Of a stretch of 64,000 nt of DNA, positions 45,135 to 55,135 are shown one piece after another. Source of the stretch: Acidimicrobiia bacterium (GTDB lineage Bacteria > Actinomycetota > Acidimicrobiia > Acidimicrobiales > Bin134). Within the stretch, counting starts at the first letter, position 1. Each line of letters starts with the position of its first letter. Location of the stretch: positions 38,859-102,858 of the forward strand of contig JAJDYE010000037.1 in the NCBI GenBank assembly GCA_022822905.1, written 5' to 3'. The notes below the pieces were generated by a model. The model worked only from the letters and a program-made list of their open reading frames with translations, searched no databases and was not told the DNA's origin. Both the position numbers and the translations under genes were made by a program.

Positions 45135-45401
45135 GTGACATTGGAAACCGTCCGCAACCCAGCGGCCCTCATCGAGATCACCGAGTTGGTGGATCGGCTG
45201 CTGGACGCCATCGATGGAGAGCTCACCAGCCGCTCCCGGGTGGTAGACGGACTGTTGGACCTGCGTCTTGCCGCTGCTGATCTTCCCGAAGTGGTCGCCC
45301 AAGTCGACGACTGCCTGGCCACGCTCCCCGGCAACACCACGGTGACCAACCTGTGGTGGATGGAGACGTTGGCCGACCTCCGCAGCGCTGCTTCTAACTG
45401 A
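45135..45401 (+). CDS. hypothetical small helical protein
   Basis: 88-aa ORF, GTG start preceded by AAGGAGAG, protein-like composition. No family was recognised. Confidence 0.45.
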   Translation: MTLETVRNPAALIEITELVDRLLDAIDGELTSRSRVVDGLLDLRLAAADLPEVVAQVDDCLATLPGNTTVTNLWWMETLADLRSAASN

Positions 45402-45485
45402 TCCCCCGATTGGCGGCGGGTCCTGTCACCTACGGCGGCCTGGCCGTCGGTGCGGCCAGGTCCACCTGCGGGGCCACCCACCGCC

Positions 45486-48062
45486 CTACCGATGCTCCGA
45501 TCCGCTAGTTGTTCCTGAGAGGGCTATTGCGGCGTTGATCAGGCCGAGGTGGGAGTAGGCCTGGGGGTGGTTGCCCAGGAGGCGCTCGCTGGCGGGGTCG
45601 TATTGCTCGGGAAGCAGGCCGGTGGGGCCGCATAGGTCGAGGTAGCGGTCGAATAGAGCACGGGCGTCGTCTAGCTGGCCGATGAGCGCGTAGGCCTCGA
45701 TCAGCCACGACGCGCAGATCAAGAACCCGCCCTCGACGCCGGGCAGCCCGTCGTCGTGGCGGTAGCGGTACACCGTCTGGCCGTCTCGAAGCTCGCTCTC
45801 CACCGCCTTGAGGGTGGACACGAAGCGAGAGTCGTCGGGGGGCAACAGCCCGCTCAGGCCGATCCACAGCAGGCTGGCATCCATGTCAGTCGAGCCGTAG
45901 GCGGTGGTGTAGGAGCGGCGCTGCTCGTTCCACCCGTTCAAGATCACATCGGCGGCGATCCGGTGGCGAAGCGGGCTCCAGTAGGAGGCCAGCTCGGGGT
46001 CGATGCGCTCGGCGATTTTGATGGCCCGATCCACCGCCATCCAGCACATGACCTTGGAGTGGACGTGGTGGCGGGGCGGGCGACGCTCCTCCCAGATGCC
46101 GTGGTCGGGCTCGTGCCAGCGGGCGGCCACCGCCCCCACCACGGCCTTGACCACCTCCCAGTGGTGGTCGGTGAGGGTCACTTGGGCCTCGCACAGTCGC
46201 CAGGCCAAGTCCACCACCGGACCGAATACGTCGAGCTGCACTTGGTGCTCAGCGGCATTGCCGATTCTCACCGGGCGGCTCCCGGCGTAACCGGCCAGCT
46301 CGGGCAGCACCGCCTCCGGCAGGGCTTCGTCGCCGACCAGGGGATACACCGGGCGGAGCTGTTCGGGTCCGGGGAGATGCTCCACCCGGTCGAGGATCCA
46401 ATCCAGCAGATGGCAGGCCTCTTGGCTGCTGCCCAGAGCCAGCAGCGCGGCTGCGCTCATGCTGGCGTCTCGGGGCCAGCAGTAGCGGTAGTCCCAGTTG
46501 CGGACGCCGCCCATCACCTCGGGCAGGCTGGTGGTGGCAGCGGCCAGGATCGCTCCCGAGGGTTGGTGGCACAGCGCCTTGATCACCAGCGCTGATCGCT
46601 CCACTTCCTCGGCGGCCACCGACGGCAGCGTGAGCTTGTTTGTCCAGTCGCGCCAGTACTGCTCGGTGGCCTCGCGGCGATCGGGCTCAGCAGTCTCCGA
46701 CCAGCCAAACCGGCCGGGAACGCCCAGACGCAGCATCAGCTCCAGCGGCGCGCCGTCGAGCTGGACATGGGCTACCGCGGTCTGATGGGGGCCGTCGTCC
46801 ACAATGTCCCAGCTCAATCCAGGCGCGGTCAGCATCATGGTCTCGGCGGCGCCGGTGATCTCTAGGCCGTCGTGGATCATGTGCAGGCCGGTGGGGGCCC
46901 GGCCGAAGTCCAAGCGGGGGGCGAACTCGATGTCGATCTTCCCGGTGCCCTCGATGACTCGGACCAAGGTGGTGCGGCCCGCCGACTTGAAGGGCCGCCC
47001 ACGGGAGCAGTCCAGGTAGTCGGTAACGGTCACATCAGACCACCGGGTCTCGACCACCATGGTGCCGTCTAGGTAGCGGTGGGAGATGGGCGGGCTGTTG
47101 TCATGGCGGCTGATGGAGAAATGTCCGGCTCGGGCGCCCCCCAGCAGTCCGGCGAACACCGCCGGTGAGTCGGCCCGGGGGTGGCACATCCAATTCACCG
47201 AGGCGTCGGAGGTGACCAACGCCACTGTCCGCTGGTCGCTGAGCAGGCTGTGGCGCTCGATAGCCAGGTCGTGTTCACCCATGAGCCACGCCCGCCGACG
47301 CTCGGCCACAAGGGCCAGCATCTGGGCCACTGACTGGGGGTCGTGTAGGCGGCCCCGGGCCAGGGTCGGCCCCGGCCCCACCTTCAGACTGAGGTCGGGT
47401 CCGGTAAGCCGGGCGAAGGCGTCCTCGTCGGTCACATCATCTCCGGCGAAGATCACCGCTTCGGCCGAAACGTCGGTTCTCAGCCGGTCGAGGGCGTCGC
47501 CCTTGTTGAGGTCCAGCACCGACAGCTCCACCACCATCTTGCCGGTTTTGACGTGAACGCCATCCCGAGAGCCCGGCCCGCTCAGCACGTCTTGTACCGC
47601 GATGGCCGCGATCTCGGGCTCGGCCTTGCGATAGTGGAAGGCGACTCCGGCCGGCTTGGGCTCGACGATAAACCCGTGGTCGCGCCGGGCGATGTCGTTC
47701 AGCTCCCCCAGTACCCGGTCGCGCAGGTCCCGCTGCTCGGAGGACAGGTCATCGGCGAAGCCGACGTCGAACTCGGTGCCGTGGCTGCCCACCAAGTGGA
47801 TCTCCTCGGGGAGTCGGCTCAACGCAGCCAGATCCCGCAGCGCCCGTCCCGAGATCACCGCCACATGGGTGTCGGGCATGGCGGCCAACTGGCGCAGCGC
47901 GGCCACCGACTCCCGGAGGGGTCGGGCCTCATCGGGGTTGTCGATGATGGGAGCCAGCGTGCCGTCGTAGTCGCAGGCCACCAGCAGCACCGGCACTCGG
48001 GCCAGCTCTCGCAGCCGGGCGTCCACTTCTTCGGCCACCATGATGGGGCTGGCCTCGTTCAT
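45486..48062 (-). CDS. otsB: bifunctional trehalose-phosphatase (HAD, OtsB-like) / glycoside hydrolase family 15 protein
   Basis: N-terminus LLVACDYDGTLAPI (HAD motif I) ...GDDVTDEDAF. The C-terminal ~600 aa look like a GH15 glucoamylase/trehalase domain (..NWDYRYCWPRDAS..). Confidence 0.8.
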   Translation of the reverse strand: MNEASPIMVAEEVDARLRELARVPVLLVACDYDGTLAPIIDNPDEARPLRESVAALRQLAAMPDTHVAVISGRALRDLAALSRLPEEIHLVGSHGTEFDVGFADDLSSEQRDLRDRVLGELNDIARRDHGFIVEPKPAGVAFHYRKAEPEIAAIAVQDVLSGPGSRDGVHVKTGKMVVELSVLDLNKGDALDRLRTDVSAEAVIFAGDDVTDEDAFARLTGPDLSLKVGPGPTLARGRLHDPQSVAQMLALVAERRRAWLMGEHDLAIERHSLLSDQRTVALVTSDASVNWMCHPRADSPAVFAGLLGGARAGHFSISRHDNSPPISHRYLDGTMVVETRWSDVTVTDYLDCSRGRPFKSAGRTTLVRVIEGTGKIDIEFAPRLDFGRAPTGLHMIHDGLEITGAAETMMLTAPGLSWDIVDDGPHQTAVAHVQLDGAPLELMLRLGVPGRFGWSETAEPDRREATEQYWRDWTNKLTLPSVAAEEVERSALVIKALCHQPSGAILAAATTSLPEVMGGVRNWDYRYCWPRDASMSAAALLALGSSQEACHLLDWILDRVEHLPGPEQLRPVYPLVGDEALPEAVLPELAGYAGSRPVRIGNAAEHQVQLDVFGPVVDLAWRLCEAQVTLTDHHWEVVKAVVGAVAARWHEPDHGIWEERRPPRHHVHSKVMCWMAVDRAIKIAERIDPELASYWSPLRHRIAADVILNGWNEQRRSYTTAYGSTDMDASLLWIGLSGLLPPDDSRFVSTLKAVESELRDGQTVYRYRHDDGLPGVEGGFLICASWLIEAYALIGQLDDARALFDRYLDLCGPTGLLPEQYDPASERLLGNHPQAYSHLGLINAAIALSGTTSGSEHR

Positions 48063-49459
48063 TCGCAGGCCTCCAGGCGGGCCAGAAAGCGCTCGGCCCA
48101 GCGCTGAGCGGTATTGGACCGCACCACCCGTCGCATGGCTCGCATGGCCGGAACGGTGTCGACGCCGGTTCGATGGGCGGCGGTCTCCATGGCGGTTTTC
48201 AGGCCCTCGATGTCGTGGGGGTTGATCAGCTCGGCGGTTCGCAGCTCTTGGGCCGCCCCGGTGAACTCCGACAGCACCAGCACTCCGGTGTTGTCCGGGC
48301 GGGAGGCCACGTATTCCTTGGCCACTAGGTTCATGCCGTCGCGCAGAGGGGTCACCACCATGATGTCGGCAATCAGGTACATGGCCACCAGTTCCTCGAT
48401 GGGCTGGCTCTGGTGCAGGTAGTGGACCACCGGGCGGCCCATCACCCCGAAGTTCCCGTTGACGTCGCCCACCATCTGCTCCACCTCTCGGCGGACCTCG
48501 GCGTAGCCGGTGACCTGGGAGCGGCTGGGCTCGGCGATCTGCACCAACACGCAGTCGTCCACCGACAGCCGCCCTTCGGCCAACAGCTCCCGGAAGGCCC
48601 GCAACCGCACCTCGATTCCCTTGGTGTAGTCCAGGCGGTCCACTCCTAGCAGCACGGTGCGGGGTGAGCCCAAGGTCTCGCGAATCTCAGCGGCTCGGGC
48701 CTGCACGGAAGGGTCGGCGGCCAAGCCCGCGATCCGGTCAGTGTCGATGCCGATGGGGAAGGCACCCACTTGGCTGGTCCGCCCGTTGTGCTGGATCACT
48801 CTTCCGGTGGTTTTGGCTCCGGTAATCCGGTTCACTGCCCGGCAAAAGTTGTCGGCACCCAAGGGGGTTTGCAGGCCGATCAAATCGGCACCCAGCAAGC
48901 CGTCGATGATCTCGGCCCGCCAAGGCAGCCGGATGTACAGCTCGCGGGCCGGGAAGGGGATGTGGAGGTAGAACCCAATCCGTAGGTCGGGTCGGGCCTC
49001 CCGAAGCAGGCCGGGAACCAGGAGCAGGTGGTAGTCGTGGATCCAAACCGTGGCGCCGGGGGCGGCGAGGTCGGCCACGGTGGCGGCGTAGCGCTGGTTG
49101 ACGGTTCGGTAGGCATCCCACCAGGTGCGGTGATACTCGGGAGGCACTAGGGCGTCGTGGAACAGGGGCCACAATGTGGCGTTGGAAAACCCCTCGTAGA
49201 ACAGCTGGAGCTCTCCCTGGCTGACCCCTACCGGATGGCACTGGAAGCCGTCGACCTCGAATGGATCAGTCCCCGGACCGGGAACGCCGGTCCATCCCGC
49301 CCATACCGCGTCGGGATTGCCCGACATGACCGGCCGCAGCGCCGACACCAGCCCGCCGGGGCTGGGTACCCATTGGGCGGTGTCGCCCTCCCACACCCGC
49401 CTGACCGGGAGGCGATTGGCCGCGACCACAAAGCTCCACTTCTGGTCACCGGCGGCCAT
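48059..49459 (-). CDS. otsA: alpha,alpha-trehalose-phosphate synthase (GT20)
   Basis: ..[10 protein letters not shown]...GGLVSAL...[15 protein letters not shown]...[10 protein letters not shown]...[11 protein letters not shown]...[13 protein letters not shown]. Confidence 0.92.
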   Translation of the reverse strand: MAAGDQKWSFVVAANRLPVRRVWEGDTAQWVPSPGGLVSALRPVMSGNPDAVWAGWTGVPGPGTDPFEVDGFQCHPVGVSQGELQLFYEGFSNATLWPLFHDALVPPEYHRTWWDAYRTVNQRYAATVADLAAPGATVWIHDYHLLLVPGLLREARPDLRIGFYLHIPFPARELYIRLPWRAEIIDGLLGADLIGLQTPLGADNFCRAVNRITGAKTTGRVIQHNGRTSQVGAFPIGIDTDRIAGLAADPSVQARAAEIRETLGSPRTVLLGVDRLDYTKGIEVRLRAFRELLAEGRLSVDDCVLVQIAEPSRSQVTGYAEVRREVEQMVGDVNGNFGVMGRPVVHYLHQSQPIEELVAMYLIADIMVVTPLRDGMNLVAKEYVASRPDNTGVLVLSEFTGAAQELRTAELINPHDIEGLKTAMETAAHRTGVDTVPAMRAMRRVVRSNTAQRWAERFLARLEACE

Positions 49460-49586
49460 TTGGCCAAAATATCGCGCTGCTGCCCGCTAACTGGTGTTGG
49501 TATCTTGTCGGGTTATGCGGCTCCGGCCCGGTGGGCCGAGTCCGGTAGTGACCTACCTAATGCCGGGCCGGGGCCGCTCTTCGCTC

Positions 49587-51818
49587 TCAGTCGAGAACGA
49601 GCAGTTGATCGGGCAGCTCTCGGTCGTCGGCCACTTCGATCACCACTCGGCTGAGGGTGCCGGCAAAGGGGAACTGGCCGCTGGTACGGGGACTGGGGGA
49701 CGGGGCTTTGGTGAAGCCAACGCTGATTCCCACCGCGTGAATGTGGGTGTTGTGGGTGATGGGCATGTCCACCGAGGCGGCTTCGACGCCGTTCACCAGG
49801 AGCCGGCCGATGCCGGCGTGGCTGCCGGTTCGCTCGAAGGCGGCGGTCACCGTGACCGGGCCGGAGGGCAAGGGCTCGGTCTCGGCCACGTAGTGCTCCC
49901 AGGCCATGTTGTAGTCCCACACCAGCCGCCCGTCTTGAATGAACAAGGCGAAGCCTGACGCCACGTCGCCGCAGGCCACCAGGGTGCCGTCGTCGCCATC
50001 GGCTCGGCTGAACTCCGCGGTGATCTCATAGGACACGTTCTTGAGGTCGGGGCAGCCGTCGCTGGGTATGTACGCCCCGTCGTAGTACACGAATCGGGAC
50101 CGGCCGGTGATCGGCCGGGGCTTGGGCACGTGGAACCGCTCCAGGATGCGGTCGTCCAAGGGCAGCACTTGGTAGGCCCGAGCCGCCTCCCACCACCGGT
50201 CGACGAGCGCGGCCAGCCGGTCGGGCTCGGCTTGGGCCAGATCCCGGGCCTCGGAGAAGTCCTGATCCAGGTGGTACAGCTCCCAGCGGTCGTCGTCGAA
50301 GTTCTCCCCGGGAATGTGGCGGGTAACCGCCTTCCAGCCGTCGACCCACATGGCCCGATGGCCGAACATCTCGTAGTACTGCTCGGCTTTGCTGGTGGGG
50401 GCGTTGGCGTCGTTGAAGGAGTACATCATGCTGGTGCCCTCCATCGGCATCTGGTGCACCCCGGCCACCTCGGCGGGTGGCTCTAGGCCGATGGCCTCCA
50501 GCAGCGTGGGGGTGATGTCGCTCACATGGTGGTACTGAGTGCGCACCGCGCCCCCGTCTGCGATCCCGGCTGGCCAGGAGATTATGAGCGGGTCGCGCAC
50601 CCCGCCGGCGTGGGTGTTCTGCTTGTACCACTTAAGCGGCGTGTTGCCGGCCATGGCCCAGCCCATGGGGTACACCATCCAGTTGCCAGGCCCGCCGATG
50701 TCGTCGATATTGCCCAACTGCTGGTCGATGGGCCGGGGGGCGAGTCCGTTCACATAGCGCATGGCGTTCTCGTGGCCCGACGGGCCGCCCTCTTGGGTGG
50801 CCCCGTTGTCGGACAGCAGCACGAAAACGGTGTTGTCGGCCTGGCCGATCTCCTCAAGCGTGGCGATGAGCCGGCCGAGGTGCTCGTCGGTGTGAGTGAG
50901 CATTCCGGCATAGGCCTGCTGCATCCGGGCGGCTACCTTCTGCTCGTCGGGGCTCAGGTCGCTCCAGTCAGGCACGCCGGGGTTGAACGGGGGCAGCTCG
51001 GTGTCGGCGGGAACGATGCCGTTGCCCTTCTGGCGGTGGTACCGCTTTTCTCGGATGGCCCCCCAGCCCGCGTCGTAGCGGCCGTTGTAGCGGTCGACGT
51101 AGGGCTTGGGGACGTGGATCGGGTAGTGGCCGGTGCCGAAGCACAGATACAGAAAGAACGGCCGCTCGGGCCACGCCGAGGTCTGGGCGGTGACCATGGC
51201 GATGGCCTGGTCCACCAGGTCCTCGGTGGCGTGGTAGTCGGGCTTGTCGGGCCGATCGATGTGGTGGTTGTCGGCCACCAGGTCGGGGTCCCAGTGGTTG
51301 GTGGCGCCGTCCAGAAAGCCGTAGTAGCGGTCGAAGCCCCGCTGGAGCGGCCATTGATCGAAGGGGCCGGCGGGGGTGGTGTCCTCGATGGGGGCCAAGT
51401 GCCACTTGCCCACCGCGAACGTGGAGTAGCCCGCGGGGCGGAGGATCTCGGCCAGGGTGGCCGCCCGGTTGCTGATGCGACCGGTGCAGCCGGGATAGCC
51501 GGTGTCCCAGTTGCTCACCACTGCCATGCCCACCGAGTGGTGGTTGCGTCCGGTGAGCAGGGACGCCCGAGTGGGGGAGCAGATGGAGGTGGTGTGGAAG
51601 TTGTTGTAGCGCAGGCCGGCGGCGGCCAGGGCGTCCATGGTGGGGGTTTCGATTTCGGAGCCGAAGCAGCCCAGGTCGGCGAAGCCGACGTCGTCGAGGA
51701 CGACCATCACCACATTGGGGCTGTTCGGCGGCGGGGTTACTGGGGTGGGCCACCAGGGGGTGGAGTCGGCGACGGTGTTGCCGACTTTGCCGCCGTAAGA
51801 CTGTGCATCAGAAGTCAT
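49587..51818 (-). CDS. arylsulfatase (formylglycine-dependent sulfatase family)
   Basis: VVMVVLDDVGFADLGCFG...SICSPTRASLLTGRNHH contains the CxPxR sulfatase signature. Confidence 0.9.
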   Translation of the reverse strand: MTSDAQSYGGKVGNTVADSTPWWPTPVTPPPNSPNVVMVVLDDVGFADLGCFGSEIETPTMDALAAAGLRYNNFHTTSICSPTRASLLTGRNHHSVGMAVVSNWDTGYPGCTGRISNRAATLAEILRPAGYSTFAVGKWHLAPIEDTTPAGPFDQWPLQRGFDRYYGFLDGATNHWDPDLVADNHHIDRPDKPDYHATEDLVDQAIAMVTAQTSAWPERPFFLYLCFGTGHYPIHVPKPYVDRYNGRYDAGWGAIREKRYHRQKGNGIVPADTELPPFNPGVPDWSDLSPDEQKVAARMQQAYAGMLTHTDEHLGRLIATLEEIGQADNTVFVLLSDNGATQEGGPSGHENAMRYVNGLAPRPIDQQLGNIDDIGGPGNWMVYPMGWAMAGNTPLKWYKQNTHAGGVRDPLIISWPAGIADGGAVRTQYHHVSDITPTLLEAIGLEPPAEVAGVHQMPMEGTSMMYSFNDANAPTSKAEQYYEMFGHRAMWVDGWKAVTRHIPGENFDDDRWELYHLDQDFSEARDLAQAEPDRLAALVDRWWEAARAYQVLPLDDRILERFHVPKPRPITGRSRFVYYDGAYIPSDGCPDLKNVSYEITAEFSRADGDDGTLVACGDVASGFALFIQDGRLVWDYNMAWEHYVAETEPLPSGPVTVTAAFERTGSHAGIGRLLVNGVEAASVDMPITHNTHIHAVGISVGFTKAPSPSPRTSGQFPFAGTLSRVVIEVADDRELPDQLLVLD

Positions 51819-51885
51819 GGTGTGGTTGCTAGCACATAGGCATATCGAGCACAGAAGCAGTCTGGGTGGCCGTTAAGCTTCTGCC

Positions 51886-53052
51886 GTGCCGGAGCGGGTT
51901 TTGAATGAGCGGTTGGTGGAGTTTGGGACGACGATTTTTGCGGAGATGTCGGCTTTGGCTTTGGCTACGGGGGCTATCAATTTGGGGCAGGGGTTTCCGG
52001 ATACTGATGGGCCGCGGGAGGTGGCGGATGCGGCGGTGGCGGCTATTCGGGCGGGGCGCAACCAGTATCCGCCGGGGCTGGGGATCGCCGATCTTCGTCT
52101 GGCGGTGGCGGAGCATCAGAAGCGGTTCTATGACCTGGATTTTGATCCGGACACCGAGGTGCTCATCACCGCGGGGGCTACCGAGGCAATCGCCGCCGTC
52201 ATGCTGTCGCTGTTGGAACCGGGCGACGAGGTGGTGTTGTTCGAGCCCTACTACGACTCCCATATCGCGGGGATTGCCATGGCCGGGGCCCAGCGGCGGT
52301 TGGTGACCTTGCGGCCTCCCCACTATCGGTTCGACCCCGACGAGCTGGCCGCGGCCATCGGGCCCCGCACTCGGATGATCGTGGTGAACTCGCCCCACAA
52401 CCCCACCGGCAAGGTTTTCGACCGGGAGGAGCTCGAGCTGATCGCCGACCTGTGCCGCCAGCACGACCTGTTGGCGGTGACCGACGAGGTGTACGAGCAC
52501 TTGGCCTACGACGGCGAGCACATCCCCCTGGTTTCGCTGCCGGGGATGCGGGAGCGCACGATCTCGGTGTCGTCGGGAGGCAAGACGTTCTCATTCACCG
52601 GGTGGAAGATCGGCTGGGTGTGCGCGGTGCCGGAGTTGCGCGACGCGGTCACCACGACCAAGCAGTTTTTGACCTTCGTCAACGGGGCGCCGTTCCAGCA
52701 CGCCATTGCGGTGGGGCTGCGGCTGGGCGACAACTACTTCGACGGGCTGCGGGCTAACCTGATGGCCCGGCGCGACCAGCTTTCCGACGGGCTGGCCGCC
52801 GCCGGGTTCGAAGTGTACCGGCCAGCGGGCACCTACTTCGTGACCGCCGACGTGCGGCCGCTGGGCTTCGACGATGGCATGGCCCTGTGCCGCAAGCTGC
52901 CGGAGCTGTGCGGGGTGGTGGCCGTGCCCAGCGTGGTGTTCTACGACAACGAGGACGAGGGGCGGCATCTGGTGCGGTTCGCCTTCTGCAAGCGCCCTGA
53001 AGTGCTCGACGAAGCGGTGGAGCGGTTGGCAAAGTTGGGGGGTGGCTTATGA
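51886..53052 (+). CDS. class I/II pyridoxal-phosphate-dependent aminotransferase
   Basis: ..INLGQGFPD...YPPGLG...NSPHNPTGKVF...SSGGKTFSFTGWKIGW (PLP-Lys) ...RFAFCK. Confidence 0.85.
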   Translation: MPERVLNERLVEFGTTIFAEMSALALATGAINLGQGFPDTDGPREVADAAVAAIRAGRNQYPPGLGIADLRLAVAEHQKRFYDLDFDPDTEVLITAGATEAIAAVMLSLLEPGDEVVLFEPYYDSHIAGIAMAGAQRRLVTLRPPHYRFDPDELAAAIGPRTRMIVVNSPHNPTGKVFDREELELIADLCRQHDLLAVTDEVYEHLAYDGEHIPLVSLPGMRERTISVSSGGKTFSFTGWKIGWVCAVPELRDAVTTTKQFLTFVNGAPFQHAIAVGLRLGDNYFDGLRANLMARRDQLSDGLAAAGFEVYRPAGTYFVTADVRPLGFDDGMALCRKLPELCGVVAVPSVVFYDNEDEGRHLVRFAFCKRPEVLDEAVERLAKLGGGL

Positions 53053-53813
53053 AGATCGCCGTCGTTCAGCACGACATCGTGTGGGAGGACCCCGAGGCCA
53101 ACTTCGAGCTACTGGCCCCCAGGGTGGCCCAGGCTGCGGCCGAAGGGGCCCGGCTGGTGGTGCTGGCCGAGATGTACTCCACCGGATTCTCCATGGCCTC
53201 CGACCGGGTGGCCGAGGCCCCTGACGGACCCAGCGCGAGCTTTCTGGCCGACCAGGCCGCGGCCAACGGGGTGTGGGTGTGCGGGTCGGTACCGGTGCGG
53301 GACTCTTCGGCAGCCGAGCTGCCCGTGAACCGGTTCGTGCTGGCCGGTCCCGACGGGGTGGCCGCGGTCTACGACAAGATCCACCCGTTCTCCTACGGCG
53401 GCGAGCACGAGCACTACGCCGCGGGGGCGGAGCGTCTAACTGTGACCGTCGAGGGGGTCAGGATCACGCCGTTCGTGTGTTACGACCTGCGGTTTTCCGA
53501 CGAGTTCTGGAGTCTGGCCCACGACACCGACTGCTATGTGGTGGTGGCCAACTGGCCCGCACCCCGCCGGGCCCACTGGTCGGCGCTCCTGGTGGCTCGG
53601 GCCATCGAGAACCAGGCCTACGTGGTGGGGGTGAACCGGGTGGGCACCGGCGGCGGCATCGACTACCAGGGCGATTCCGTGGTGATCGACCCTTTCGGGA
53701 TTGAGGTGGCTGGCGCGCCTGAGGGTGAGGAGGCCGTGTTGTACGCCGAAATCGACCTCGCCCGCATAGAACAGGTTCGGTCGCGCTATCCATTTCTCGA
53801 AGATCGCCGATAG
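53049..53813 (+). CDS. carbon-nitrogen hydrolase (nitrilase superfamily, omega-amidase-like)
   Basis: ..VVLAEMY.. (Glu), ..YDKIHPF.. (Lys), ..FVCYDLRF.. (Cys) form the catalytic triad pattern. ATGA overlap with the aminotransferase gene. Confidence 0.85.
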   Translation: MKIAVVQHDIVWEDPEANFELLAPRVAQAAAEGARLVVLAEMYSTGFSMASDRVAEAPDGPSASFLADQAAANGVWVCGSVPVRDSSAAELPVNRFVLAGPDGVAAVYDKIHPFSYGGEHEHYAAGAERLTVTVEGVRITPFVCYDLRFSDEFWSLAHDTDCYVVVANWPAPRRAHWSALLVARAIENQAYVVGVNRVGTGGGIDYQGDSVVIDPFGIEVAGAPEGEEAVLYAEIDLARIEQVRSRYPFLEDRR

Positions 53814-53862
53814 TCAAGAGTGCTGCTGCGATGACCGGCGATAATCCGCCGGTGCTGCCCTG

Positions 53863-55041
53863 ATGATCGGCGATAATCCGCCGGTGCGAGACTCCCAGCC
53901 ATTGCTCACGGCCCGGTTCGCGGTGCTGTGCCTAGGAGGCGTGTTCTATTTCATGTCGCTGGGACTGGTGTATCCGGTGCTGCCGGGCTTCGTGGAGAAC
54001 GACCTGGGGGGCGGGCCGGTGGCAGTAGGCCTGGCGGTGGGCGGATTCGGGCTCTCGGCCGCGGTGGCCCGACCGCTGGCCGGACCGCTGGGCGACTCCA
54101 AGGGACGTCGATTCTTGGGGGTGTGGGGCTGCGTGCTGGCCGGCCTCGGCATTCTTGGCAACCTGTGGGTGTCCTCGGTGGCGGTGGCGGTGCTGTTCCG
54201 GCTGCTGACCGGTTTGGGGGAGGCAGCGTTTTTCGTGGGTATTGCGGCAGCCGTCCAAGACATGGCTCCGGAGCATCGCCGCGGCGAGGCCACGTCGTAC
54301 TTCTCGGTCACGGTCTACTCCGGACTGGCCGCAGGACCGATTATTGGCGAGCAATTGCAATCTGCCCTCAGCACCGACGCGGTGTGGGTGCTGGGAGGCG
54401 TGCTGTGCGCGTTGGGCACCGCGTCGGCCGCGGTCTCCATGCAGGGCCGCCCTGAGGGTGCCCAGTCGGGGTGGCCCAACTCGTTCATCCACTGGCCCGC
54501 TACCCGACCGGCCCTGTTGTTGGGACTGGGCCTGATGGGCTACTCGGGGTTCTTGGCCTTCATCAAGCTGCATGTGGACGACATCGGCTTTGCCCACTCC
54601 GGGGCGGTATTCGCCACCTTCGCCATAATGGTGATCAGCCTGCGTATCCTGCTGGCCCGTCTGCCCGACCGACTAGGGCCCCAGCGCACCAGCACCCTCT
54701 CCTACGCGTTCTCGGCCTCCGGCTTGTGGGTTATAGCCCTGTGGACGCAGATCCCCGGAGTGTTTGTAGGCACCGCTCTCTTGGCCATGGGCCAGACATT
54801 CTTGTTCCCGGCCCTGTTTGTAATGGCCATCCAATCGGCGCCGATCAACCGGCGCAGCCAGGCCATCGGAACCTTCAGCATCGCCTTCGATTTGGCCATC
54901 GGTTTGGGCGGGCTGATCCTGGGCGGTGTGGTGGAGGTGTCGTCGCACTCGATGGCCTTCTTCGCCGGCGGGTGCTTCTCGTTGATTGCGCTGGTGGTCA
55001 GCCGAACAGTGGTTAGACCCCAGTTGCAAACTGCCTATTGA
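53863..55041 (+). CDS. MFS transporter
   Basis: 392 aa with 12 predicted TM segments and MFS loop motif PLAGPLGDSKGRR. Confidence 0.8.
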   Translation: MIGDNPPVRDSQPLLTARFAVLCLGGVFYFMSLGLVYPVLPGFVENDLGGGPVAVGLAVGGFGLSAAVARPLAGPLGDSKGRRFLGVWGCVLAGLGILGNLWVSSVAVAVLFRLLTGLGEAAFFVGIAAAVQDMAPEHRRGEATSYFSVTVYSGLAAGPIIGEQLQSALSTDAVWVLGGVLCALGTASAAVSMQGRPEGAQSGWPNSFIHWPATRPALLLGLGLMGYSGFLAFIKLHVDDIGFAHSGAVFATFAIMVISLRILLARLPDRLGPQRTSTLSYAFSASGLWVIALWTQIPGVFVGTALLAMGQTFLFPALFVMAIQSAPINRRSQAIGTFSIAFDLAIGLGGLILGGVVEVSSHSMAFFAGGCFSLIALVVSRTVVRPQLQTAY

Positions 55042-55135
55042 CATCTGAGGGCTGGCATAGGAGAGTTGCCCCCTTCCCCCTGAGCTTCCCCCTTCTCGCG
55101 CCACGCGCGCCCCCGAAGGCCCGAAAGGAAGTTCA

